Position numbers and translations under genes: made by a program
The notes under the pieces: model-generated
Databases searched by the model: none
The model's input: only the letters and a program-made list of their open reading frames with translations
What the model was told of the DNA's origin: nothing
NCBI GenBank assembly: GCA_964016885.1
Contig: OZ024753.1
Coordinates: 4,464,001-4,528,000 of the forward strand
Direction of reading: 5' to 3'
DNA from: Eledone cirrhosa
Lineage: Eukaryota
DNA length: 64,000 bases
Shown here: positions 13,241-25,033 of the stretch, one piece after another
Position numbering within the stretch: position 1 is the first letter of the stretch
Layout of the letters: every line of letters starts with the position of its first letter

Positions 13241-15804
13241 GATGAAAATAATGCTCACAGGAAAGCGGCAAGATATCTTCTAGTTCCTTCTGTTTGATTC
13301 AACCAAAGATATTTACACTTAAACATTTTGGCATTATCTTAGTATTGCTATCTATTAAACTATTTAGTTTTGTATAAACAGGTGGTTCTTGGATATATCA
13401 TTTCTGTTTCAATCTTCTCAGTTTCCGTTTTAAATTTCATTTTGTTTTGGCATCCAGCGCTAATACGTAAGGCTTGTCTTGTGACGTCCACATTTTTGTT
13501 CTTCTAATGATTTCTTCCTTATTATAGTTCAGTCACTACAATCTGTATTCTTAATTTCTTCTAACTTGTCTTTGCCGTATATTCTTTAGAATTTTTATGG
13601 ATATACTACTCGGCGATAGAATGTTAGCTGATTCTTACAAAAATGTTTCAACATAACACTATATTATATTTTTCATCTGTTTAAAACACAATATTGTTTG
13701 CGGTATAAGTATTGGCAGACTCATCAGAAATAGTTATCATAACACACATACACACACACACTCATATATATATACTGAACAAAGCACCACTATAAGAATA
13801 TGTTTCATAAAATGATTTTCGTTTTTTAATCAAAAAACTTTAATAAAAAAAAATATACCCCATTGGATGATAAGATAATGCATATTAATGAATATTATAT
13901 CTACTAGATGTGTGTCTATAATATTTTCAAAATTGCTGATAACATTGAGTAAGACATTTCTGAGCTGAGGAAATATATACCAGTAAGTACCGTAATCTAT
14001 TTAAACAGCTTTCTTTTAATTGGTACACTTCCTGAAGCATCATTTTTAGTGATTTTAGCCATCGACTTGTCTTCATTTCTGTCTATTGCCAATAATATCT
14101 TGTTGTGAGGGTAGTGTGTCTGTTTTACATCCATCAACATATCTCATCGATTATAGTATATATCCACAATGGCTCGTGTTTGCTTTTTCCTTTGTCTAGT
14201 TGACCTTCTCATTCACTGGGAGGTATTTTCTGCTCTATAATTATAAACCATATTACATGCCATTTCAAAATGGTGGTATAATTCCCTGTGTATTAAATGT
14301 TGCAGTTCCTAAAGATTATTCTCTCTTTGAAAATACAGATGGCCAGCTCTAACTTTCTTTACTAAATAATCTGGTTTTACTTAACTTTTTACCTTACATT
14401 ACATGCCTCTGCTAGTTATTGATAATGAGGATTTAATTCAGTGTCTCTATGAAAGCACTTCATTGACAGCATTCACGTTACTACCCCTCCCCCCCCCCCT
14501 AGTGTATAGTGATTTTCTTTAATATATTTCAACCTCGCATTGTGTATTCTTTTACTCTTTTTCTCATTTACCATTTTGAAGATTCATTTCGTATTTCAGC
14601 CTAGTGTGAAACCTCATCACATTTTATGTTATTTTTTTCCACTTCTCCTAACACATTTCTATCTCTTCATCTCCTGCTTTCCGATTTGTATTTTGATGTT
14701 TCTTTTAGGTTTGTAAATTGTTGTATTGTAAGTATATGCATTCTGTTTTTTATTATTTCTTTGTAGATATTTTTGGAAATCCTACAGTGGACATCTTATG
14801 TTTCTATAAATCTATACCCGTAATAAATACAATATTCCTAAGATAGTTTTCCGTTTTAATATTTTTGTTTCCGATTGTGATGAGATTTATCCTGACCATC
14901 CACTTGTTGATATAACTATTCATTATATTTAGAAGGAAAGATTGCAGAAACGTATTGCATTTGTTGCTATATTGCTTGTGGTACATTTGAATGGTTACAA
15001 TTATATCCCAATGGCTTATAACAGTATTCCTTCTACTACGTATCAGCAAAGTTTTACTTGCTCAGGAATTGATCTATTAATCCTATCCATTTTCAGTTAT
15101 ATTATCTAGTTTTCCTGAAATAAAGTATATTTCCGCTTTTAGGTTGGGATATGTTTCGCAACAAGATTTATGTTAACGCGTTAGTATTCTTGCAAATGCA
15201 TTACATATTTGTAAAGCATTTCATGCTTCAACAGAATTCCATATTGAAATAAAACATTCATGCATGTTCATGCATGTTTTACATGTGTTCTCTGTAAATT
15301 GATGAATATGTTAGGAATACTTATTTAATATTCCAGATTGCGTATTATGGTTTCTATTCACCTGTATGCACGTTGTAGAGGCTGCATTATTACATGAAAC
15401 TGGCACGTGGTAGGAGAAATTGTTGTTTAGCAGAAAGACACTGTTCGAAAAAATAATAATTCTTGCATTTGCCGTAACATTGTTTGTGTGATTTAGTGAA
15501 TTTTTCTTTTTATATTTCTGAGTTTCTGTAGTAATAGGTCTCTATTTAATCTGGGTTTTTCCTATTTATATTTGTTTGCTTCAGTAAGTTTGTTATTTGT
15601 TATCTGTTTAAAACGCTTGTTTCTTATACATATCTTTTGTGTTGTTGTTGCATACGACACATATCGTTATCCTGAACAAACGTGTCCTTCTAATAGTTGG
15701 GCTTGATATCCAAATATGGGAACAAGAAATTTACTGTCACGCATGTAATCCAAAATATGAAGGACATACGGCCTCTCACTTTGAGCTAGTGGTCTCATGA
15801 TATT

Positions 15805-15962
15805 AACTCAAAGGTCAGACCATCACGCAAAACTTAGCGTTGATTTCTATCATTCGATAATCGATAGAATAAAGGGACAGTAACGTACCTGGGTCAATTT
15901 AATCAACTTACCCCATGCCTTCAAATTGCTGGCCTTATGCCAGAAAGCAGAATCAATTATAT
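15805..15962 (+). mobile_element. Old diverged SINE family A-like copy
   Basis: tcgatagaataaag...tgggtcaatttaatcaactta...aaattgctggccttatgccagaa..aatcaattatatt. Confidence 0.55.
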
Positions 15963-16842
15963 TAGCCGGTCTATTTTTATTTGTATTTATTTCTTTACAT
16001 ATTTATTATTTTACTCAGGATATCAGTACATACGTGTAGCAATAGAAAGGCAAAAAGGAGAAAGAATTCATCTTTCCTCTTCTGTAGGTGCTAAAAAATA
16101 TTGCCATATATACATAGAAAAACAAAACACACTGAAATTGAATCCTTTTGAACTCGTACGTAGTAGTAATAGTAGTAGTAGTAGTATGGATAACGGGAGA
16201 GGGGCTGAGTATCATAATAACAATAACGATGATGATAGTGACGCGAATAAAAGGCTGGGGTAGAGAATGTGATAGAGATAGAAGAGAATCAGTAAGAGTA
16301 GGAGGAAGTGGAGCGGGGGATGTGTGATGAATTATCTATATGAAATTATATACTTAATCCTTGATTCAGCATTCCGTAAATAAACTTATCGATTTGACAT
16401 TAGGAACTTTATAATAGTGAAATTTAAGATAAGTGTCTGTAGTCGCATGAATAAAACTGACATATTTCATATTATTGTAGAAGATATTATGTAAGAAATT
16501 ATAATTTATGAAATTGTGTATAGACTTGCATGATCATATATACTAATATAAGGACGCATGCTGATATTTTCAAATACAGATTCATGTATTTATCATGGTT
16601 TATTATGCAAAATCTATGAGGTAGACATTATGCGTGTGAACTGCTAGCGGTTGTTATTTGAGCGATATTTTATCGGGCGTATAGTGAAGTCAATGAACTT
16701 TACGCGACTGTGTTTCCCAACATCGACTCTGTAGATATTTCCTTACCCGGAAATATAGGAATTTGATATAAAATTATTATATATATATATATATCATATA
16801 TATATATGTATGTATGAGTGTGAGTGTGAGTGTGTGAGTGTG

Positions 16843-16882
<40 letters not shown>

Positions 16883-19058
16883 TATATGTGTATATAAAGT
16901 GACATCAATTCATTAAATAGCATATTATAATTTTAGGGATAAACATTTCAATTTCTATGTAATATTAATACACTTCTTATTCATGTAAAATGTATCAAAG
17001 ATGTGTTCTCTCAAATCAAGCCTTACACTAACATAATATGAATTATCGTACTAATGCAGAATGTAGTTATGACACTTAAAAGTCAGATATGGTAAAAGTG
17101 GCGTCTCCTTCCTTTACTTTGATGTTGAACAATAATTAGATGGATATGAACAATAATTAGATGGATATTGCACCCACAATTATTCAAACGAAAAACATTT
17201 TTCCAATAAATTTAGTAGTTCTGATCGAATTTGAACATTAATTAATTAAGTTATTTAATTAATTTCGGAATACCTTTTGAATACTGACAGAGTTATTCTG
17301 TCAGTTTAAAGGTATTTTGGAATGTAAAAGTAATGTTATAGCTCAAAGGATGCTTGTAATTCAATCTAATTAGCGACGAACACTCTGATAATGATATAAC
17401 TATAATATAGAATGTACTGTATTTCGACGTGAAATCAAAATCAAAGTATGAATTTCTTGTAATGCAAAATGTATGCTTCATACTGAAGTGATTGCAATTA
17501 GTTTGGTAAAAGGAAGAATTTCACAAATCCCAGAAATTACAAATTGCCGTGGTTCATTCAATACCCTGAAAAATTATGCAGATAAATCAGATAGATTTTT
17601 TCAAACGGAAACGGAGTTCAGATCATACACCTATTGTTGTAGGTGAAAATTCATTATGGAAAGCTAATTAAAGAAACTTCTACAAATATATTTCAGATCA
17701 TAGATGCATTTCATTGAAAGGAAACACCATAACTTGACTCTTAAATCAGTATATTTTGAACAATGAATGATTCAATAACCACTTATGACAAACAGTTTCC
17801 ATGTATTTTAACATAGTAATAAAAAAAATAATGGCTAAATGTATTTTCTAATCACAATATGTATTAGAGTAATATTAATATTACTTCAAAATTTAAAATA
17901 TAATTTCTTTTGAAATGTTAATTAAAACATATCTACATATGGATTTTAAATTCTTCTCTCACCATTCTTATTCCACGGTTACTAAATTAATTTTCTCATC
18001 TTGTATAAAATATATTTCAAATGAAATCCCAAGATATGAAGCCATTGTAAAGAGTTGCAACACGTCATGTTATTTTTTAATTTATCAGAACTTTCAGCAA
18101 TTATTTGTATAATAGATATTAATAATTCGATGTTTTTTTTTTGTTTTGCTTTCTTTTTAAATGTAATGTTATTGTCTGAAAATAATGTAGAACTTTATAT
18201 ATTATTCTTCCTCTCATAAAATAGATGCGAAGGATGTATATGATAGCATATGACCCGACGGATCTTCATAATAGGAAGTGAAATGAATATAAATATTTCA
18301 CATGAGTAGAAACATTAACGCAGCATTCTATGTCTGAAATTTGTTATTGATTTTATTTCAATATCCACATCTTACAGCAAACGCCAAGGGACCAAGCCAT
18401 TATGTGGAGAGGGAAGACGATAGGCATAAATAATTTAGGAAGCACGCAATGTAAGAATCATAGTAGAACATATGAAACAAAATATTTATTTAATGTATAC
18501 ATACATAATAGAGGGTTGCTTTTAAGCATCATTTCTCAAATACTTGGCTCTGTGCTTTCTTTTCTAGTTCTAAATGGCAGGGTGTGCAAAACAATGTAAA
18601 GAGTAACAATTATTTCACATATACGTATATAAGCTCCATGCACCTTGCTTATATAGCGAATTTCTCAAACACCTGGTACCGTAGTTTAATTTCATGTGTT
18701 CGTGTTTTCATTGTATGTGAAAACAACTGGTCTTTAGGCATCGTGTGACTTAAGGTTAATCGAATTAGGGGAAGGATTGAGATGCGTCGTTCGGTTGTAA
18801 TCGAAAGGTAAGCAAATTAGATTAAACATTTCATCCACAAAGGACAATAATCCAAGATTATGAAGTAAGGAAAAGAAGACATGGGTTGATATTTAAATAA
18901 TAATCGTACATATATTTAACACCACATTTTTTTATATATTTGTAAGTATATTACGATGGAAGGCAACAGGTGTTCTTGTGTGGTTTATATAATGACAATA
19001 CCACTTGCGTTAGTGAAAAGGTGTGCGATGATATATTAACTAGTGTCTATCTGTTTGT

Positions 19059-19118
<60 letters not shown>

Positions 19119-19122
<4 letters not shown>

Positions 19123-19298
19123 GAGGAAGTTTCGTTTACATATAAACCATATTTATTGTGTATCGATTTGTTCCGCACGTTTCGTAGAGTGGTGTCATAT
19201 AGAAATTATGGACCCGACTCCAGTATGGGTCTGCTCGTCAGAACGGTGATGTGACAAACATTTTTTTTTTTTAGATGTAAACGAAACTTCCTCAGTTT
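19119..19298 (-). mobile_element. Short inverted-repeat-bounded element containing a decayed hammerhead-like motif (Penelope-like terminal repeat remnant)
   Basis: Perfect 19-bp IR gaggaagtttcgtttacat (19123-19141) / atgtaaacgaaacttcctc (19275-19293). Between them the minus strand reads CTGACGA...GAAACGTG. Starts directly after (TA)n. Confidence 0.6.
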
Positions 19299-20085
19299 TG
19301 TTTTTCTATTATATACAATCTGTGCATAGAGTGCTTGATTTGGTACCAAACCAGTAATTCACGGTACTACACACACTATATGATGGCTGCAAACTCTGCT
19401 AAAGGTATTGCAATCGCATGACAGATTCGGGTGTGTGACGCTCGGATATGACTTTTCAAGCCTGCTAGAGACCTGCACATTGACCAGGACTATGGATCTC
19501 CCTGGCTTCATGTCTTGCATTAGGTTGCTTTGAACCATGACAATGCCGGGGAGATCATAGTTAAATGGGTTTCTCTGAACATGGCTGCGACTGTGGCTAC
19601 TCAGACCAGGTTTGCTCAAGCAAATCATTCCACGTTCAGGGCACACCAATTCAATGGAGACACCGATCGTTTCGCTAGATAAAACGGGATGTGCGTAAAC
19701 CATGCTCTATGCTACGTCAGTCCTTAAAATTATGGACCCCATTATTCACCATTCCATGTCAAGTTTCTCATACTATATATATATATATATATATACACAC
19801 GTAAGCATAGATTCATATAGAGGTAAACAGTGGTTACTGTTTTTAATTAATCAATCAGTTAATTAGTCAGAACGTTATTACATTATAATTGCGTAAAGCA
19901 AACAAGATAAAAGTTACTTTATTACTCCGAAGATACAATTTTATTTTATTTGCTTCTCCCAATTATGAGTTTATGTGCGTCTGAGGTTCTTACATCTCTT
20001 TGGAAATTCATAACTCTTAGCGCTACTCGTGTTACATCCGATTACACCCCGCCCGTCTCTTCAATCTTTCTAATTTATCATTCTT

Positions 20086-20121
20086 TCTTCTGATGAAGGT
20101 CCATCATCCGAAACGTTAAGA
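20086..20121 (+). ncRNA. Minimal type I hammerhead ribozyme motif
   Basis: TCTT-CTGATGA-a-gg(tccatcat)cc-GAAAC-GT-T-AAGA: complete core, stem I TCTT/AAGA, palindromic stem III ACGT, GUU cleavage triplet; stem II only ~2 bp. Confidence 0.7.
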
Positions 20122-20389
20122 CCTTCTTCCTGTTATTTCAAGCGCTAACCTAATATATCCCACCCATATATTGTACCGATTGTGTTGTTATTTCTGTTGA
20201 CCTTTTACATACAAAACACACACACACATATATATATATATAGGAATATAGTATTTCTATAAATGAAAGCTTAGAAAATGAGATAAAATACCTCTACGTA
20301 TAGAAAAACCTAACCAGCTGCCCTACCTATACATACACGCCGATTTCGCATTAGCAACACTTTTCCGAACACTAACGCATTTATATAAA

Positions 20390-20960
20390 GATCTAAGTAG
20401 GGCATTTATATAAAGATCTAAGAGCAATAAGAAGCTGTCCATCGACCCCATACTCGTGCAGACTCTTCCACAACATGTCCCGCGGAATGCAATCATATGA
20501 CCTTACAAGGTCTATGAATATTTGTTCAGCTAGCTTCGACTCGACCATATCCCTAATTCGCATTACGAGAAACATATTAGCATACCCTTTAAGAGGAGTC
20601 GTGGCAAGGTCATCCCTCTATATGTAGAGCAATCTCTATTGATCTTCGTTTGTAAATTTGGATTATCTCACCCATTGCCCTGCCTAGATGCATTTTTAAA
20701 GATCATTGCCCCATCCCCGGTTCTCAGGAGTGTGCCAAAATGTACATTCTCAATTTAATATATTTAAAGTTTCGGGCCGAAGTTTATCCACATCAGAGAT
20801 CGTTAACAGCTCTTTAACTGCTCTAATGATCACCGCCTCCAAGAGGTTAGTCGTCGCTCCCAGATGCATCTCATGTACATCAAATGATGTTCTTGTGGGT
20901 GGACTTAGTCGACGAGCAAATCATTCTATTTGCCTTGCGAGGATGCATCTCTCTTAAGAG
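20390..20960 (-). mobile_element. Decayed RTE-clade LINE reverse-transcriptase fragment
   Basis: Minus-strand frameshifted peptides VDKLRPETLNILN, GEIIQIYK, YRGMTL, RIRDMVESKLAEQ and FIDLVRSYDCIPRDMLWKSLHEYGVDGQLLIALRSLY occur in the order of the LINE RT motifs DEIRPEMLK, IIPIYKKG, NYRGISL and FIDLEKAYDRVPR. Confidence 0.9.
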
Positions 20961-21029
20961 AGAAGAAATGAAGACTCGCTCCTGATGGTTGTTGTGTAAG
21001 GAAACGTCTTATTCACATCTCCGATAATC

Positions 21030-21230
21030 CGGATCATTAATCAGGATGTTTAAAGAGAGAATCATTGCACAGATATTACGGACTAAATCAACCGGGAGAA
21101 GACCCAGGAGTAAACCCCGAGCAAGATAGTCGGATAAAATCCATGAGCCCGGTGAATTAGATCCAGCTAGTTAAATCAGAGACAGTTGCTTCGAAGTTGA
21201 CCTACTGGAGGTTTCGATATCGGAGACTGC
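21030..21230 (+). mobile_element. RTE-clade LINE C-terminal fragment
   Basis: Plus strand encodes GSLIRMFKERIIAQILRTKSTGRRPRSKPRAR*SDKI, matching the RTE C-terminal GHVxRM...GKRPRGRPRxRWxD motif. Confidence 0.8.
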
Positions 21231-22250
21231 CCATATATTCACGTCTATGTATGTCTGCATGTCTGCCTGTAAAACTGTTTGTTAAATGGATGAACATTTG
21301 AAGAATAAATCGAGATAGAATAACATCTGCAATTATAGCTTGACAAAAAGATTGTGATGCTCTTTATTATAAAAATTCAAGAAAAGAATGGCACTGTAAA
21401 TCCCACCAAAAACAAGTTAATCAAACTTAGCAGCTGAACCCGTATTAGATAATATATATTTCTTAACATTTAGTGAAAAGAATACAAATATTCTTGTGTT
21501 CTGTTTAAAGTGCATCTTTTGTTTTTCTATAAATAATTTTATATTATGATGTGGAGCTAAAATTGATATGATTAATATCTATTGTATCGTATTACCATTA
21601 TATTGCCTTTATAATATATTTGATGTAATTTATATTATCATAACACTCAAACAATTATATCGATACTTTCCACACATAAGCCCTGGTTAATATTAATGGA
21701 ATGTAATCAATAATCTTATATCCTTCTATATTTGTGTGTATTGTATGCTTGTCAATTTCATATATCAACGCATCGTGATACAGAGTAAATTAACAAGACG
21801 CTTTCCAGTGACTCTTCTGTAAAAGAAATATAATTTACATTACTTTCCACCTGTTAGCTATTTGCCCATGGACAAGGTTTTCCAGTTTAGTTGATCTCCT
21901 AATATATCTTTCATCCTATTTAACCCTTCCATTATCCATTGCGTATTTACAGGCATATATATCAGGTCATTGATGGATGGTTAATCTATAAAGACATTAT
22001 TTTACTCATCACAATATTTGATCTTCCCGCTGATATATGTATCATCCAATATTGATTTAGCTAACACAAGAGGTCCAGAACATGGGACTATGATTTGTAC
22101 CCTTCAGTTCATTATATACACAAAACCAAGTTCTTACTGATAAAAATAAAGAACCTCTACTTGTCTTACAATCTGCTAAAATAACGCACAAATAACCATC
22201 AAATAGTAAGTTAGTGATTTAAAGGCCGTGGCAAATGAATTAGATAATAG

Positions 22251-22444
22251 AATAATTGTTTTTACATTTGGCACTAGGCCAGCAATTATCCAGTGTATTA
22301 CTGGTGATTTATTTTATCGACCCCGTAAGGATGAAAGGCGAAGTTAACTTCGGCGGGATTTGAATTCAGACCATAAAGGGACGTAACTCTTTGCTGCAAA
22401 GCATGGCGTCCGACCCTCTATCAATACTATCAATCCACCGCCAC
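22251..22444 (-). mobile_element. tRNA-derived SINE family A, full-length copy
   Basis: Minus strand has a tRNA-like head (A-box-like ggattgatagtattgatagag, B-box-like tgaattcaaatccc), a conserved core (ggggtcgataaaataaa) and an (ATT) tail; bounded by ttagataata(g/c)aataat repeats. Confidence 0.9.
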
Positions 22445-22455
22445 TTAGATAATAC

Positions 22456-22644
22456 AATAATTGTTTCTACTTTTGGCACAAGGCCAGCAATTTCTCAGTG
22501 CATTACTGGTACTTTATTTCATCGACCCTGTGAGAATGAAAGGCAAAGTTAACCTCGGCGGGATTTGAACTCAGAATGACAAGGACCGTAACTCTATGCG
22601 TCAAAGCATGGCGTCCGACTCTCTACCGATACTACCAATCCACC
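22456..22644 (-). mobile_element. tRNA-derived SINE family A, second tandem copy
   Basis: Minus head ggtggattggtagtatcggtagag...gagttcaaatccc (B box GTTCAAATCC); high similarity to the adjacent copy and to 44493-44679. Confidence 0.92.
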
Positions 22645-24192
22645 TATATCTGAAAAAAGTTATGTTCTTTATCAGAAGCCTGGTGAATTTGAACGCAATA
22701 CGTTATAAAGACAAACAGCAACAAAGCTGACAATCTCTCAATCCGTTCTATGTAAATAAAAAAAAAACATTAAAATTACAAACAATTATTATTCCTAAAG
22801 GCGCCTGTTTAAAAGCGACTAGAGAAATTTGTAAGTAGGAATTCAACTCTTCCAGTAAATCAATTAACTTTTCTTTAAGTGGAACGCATATGAATTGATA
22901 TTTATACTCTCTTTACAAATTGCACGTCTCTCCGAAATATATTAAATGAATTGTAATATTTTGCATGTTGCAAATGTATCATTGTTGTGAAATTAATTGA
23001 TATTTCAAATATGTCTTCATAAAAGATAAAATAAGATGTGGTTTCGATTAGTTTACAATTATTACATGAAGATTAGAAAGTTGAAGTACTAGAATCAACT
23101 ATGTATAGTACATTGTGCCTACTTTCAATCAGAGAGCTTAGATGTAAAAGGGGGAAGAAGATAGGTACAACTTTCTGTGTATTGATATTTCTTTACCTAG
23201 GATAGCAGGGTATGTGGTAATTCTATCGAACTTCTAAAATAAATATCCAAACTATGAAATACTGAACTAACAAAAATGAATCGAATTAAAGATTTAGAAT
23301 TGAATAGTTCAGAACTATTTCCTGCATTATTTTGAAACATGTTCAGTAGTTGGTTACTAGATATAAGTTTTACATCGTCCGTCATTCTATCATATGAAAT
23401 ATTTCTGAAATTTTCCTGTGCAACTACATACACATTTGTTTTACTTGTATAGATTGCAATAATTTTAATAATTGTAGATTTCAATGTTGATATAAGAATA
23501 ATGTTAATGCAGGAATGTTGATGTATGAATGTTAATTGATAACAATGAATGCTATTTAATAAATATTATTTTATTTTTGATATATTGAGAATTTAATTAA
23601 AATGTTTTAATATATTTATGAAATACTCCACAAGATATCGCTCTTTGGTAGAATTTTTAACCTTTACTTTCAAATTTCTTTGTCATTTGTTTTCTATTTA
23701 AATGAGGTTACAGTGGTCAGAAGAATAATGAAGTCAGCATGTTTAGCTGTTGCCTTATATTATGATGGAAAATTATTAACCATTGCATTTGAAATGTATT
23801 CATTATTTTCTATTCAGTAACAAATTCTTGATAGTCTGAATGTTGGATATTAAATTGTGAAATGCAAAACTTTCCTATTGTATTTGCATTAGAAAATCAT
23901 GTTAAATGTCCATTGACTGTATGCTTATAAAACATGGTTGATGACAGCAATGTGTAGCAGATATATCATTAATTAGAAGATTATTAACATATCCAGTAAA
24001 ACACGTATAATAATGGAAATTCCCTAAGCTACAAGTTGAGGTCTATTAGTTTCCTGTATGTAGTCCATTTACTTAAATGTTCTCATCCCATTGCATATGT
24101 GCATTATTTAAGGAGCGATGAAATCACTTCAATAGCATGTTGACAATATATTACGAAGGCTTATTCCATGGCATTCTGTATGTATATGTATT

Positions 24193-24250
24193 GTCTATCC
24201 TGTAGTGAAGTGGGACTGCATGTGACGACCCATTTCACTACTGGATAGAC
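24193..24250. repeat. 22-bp imperfect hairpin
   Basis: gtctatcctgtagtgaagtggg / cccatttcactactggatagac (one mismatch, one G-T). Confidence 0.9.
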
Positions 24251-24305
24251 GTGCATGGCCACCGGCATATCACAAAGATTGAATAACTGCACCGTTATTA
24301 CCTAA

Positions 24306-24354
24306 GCATCTGAAGAAGTCACATGAATAGCCATGTAACAAATATATATCATGC
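24306..24354 (+). ncRNA. Type I hammerhead motif lacking G12 (probably inactive)
   Basis: GCAT-CTGAAGA-a-gtcacatg(aatagc)catgtaac-[G]AAA-tatata-TC-ATGC: stem I GCAT/ATGC, 7/8-bp stem II, palindromic stem III, AUC site; AATAAA immediately follows. Confidence 0.6.
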
Positions 24355-24533
24355 AATAAACAATTATGGTGATTTATTCCTGTCTTAATTACCATTAATT
24401 GATAAATCAATACGCCATTATTCATTATCCCTTACCTGGGATAAATTACTGACATGAAGTGCTTTGGCTCACTAGGACCTACTTTCCTCAGGAAGATACG
24501 AAGTAACAACTAAGATAAGCAACACTCTTCTGC

Positions 24534-24599
<66 letters not shown>

Positions 24600-24810
24600 C
24601 GTTTCTGAATTTGTTTAGCAAGATTCTTTATCTGAAAACGTGTGTTGAAACCGATGTTGTTATACTTTGGGAGGGTGATGTTGCTAATAAGAAACACACG
24701 CACCAGATGCTTTCACTCCAATTTATTATAAATTAAATTCATAAATTTAAGAAATTTGTAAATTTCCGGTTGGTTGGTTGGTTCCACAACCGGACGGTTG
24801 TTCATATATT

Positions 24811-24853
24811 GTCAACGTTCTTTCGTCACACATTCTGTGACCTCTTCAGTAAC
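24811..24853 (-). ncRNA. Hammerhead motif in the left arm (U16.1 substituted)
   Basis: Minus strand: gtta-CTGAAGA-g-gtcaca(gaatg)tgtgac-GAAA-gaacg-t-tgac. Confidence 0.55.
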
Positions 24854-24990
24854 TGGGGATTATTTTTTTGTTTTGTGCCTCTCCTTTCTTCTGTCCTGCG
24901 CCATCTTGTTTTTGTATGTGTTCACACACAAAAATAAGACGGTGTAGGACAGAACAAAGGAGAGGCACCAAACAAAGTAAAGAATCCCCA

Positions 24991-25033
24991 GTCACTGAAG
25001 AGGTCACAGATTGTGTGACGAAAGAACTTTGAC
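24991..25033 (+). ncRNA. Minimal type I hammerhead ribozyme motif in the right arm
   Basis: GTCA-CTGAAGA-g-gtcaca(gattg)tgtgac-GAAAG-aa-CT-T-TGAC: full core, stem I GTCA/TGAC, 6-bp stem II, 2-bp stem III, CUU cleavage triplet. Confidence 0.75.

Noticed and set aside
13400-15160. Possible old L1-like LINE on the minus strand (pyrimidine-rich plus strand)
   Set aside because: Only faint endonuclease-like words; no motif clear enough to support without a search.
22560-22644. tRNA gene
   Set aside because: A/B boxes belong to the SINE head; no complete cloverleaf, and the sequence continues into the SINE core.
23197-23484. 95-aa minus ORF, or a 37-nt micro-exon at its end
   Set aside because: AT-rich, no homology; splice-like sites of this quality occur by chance.
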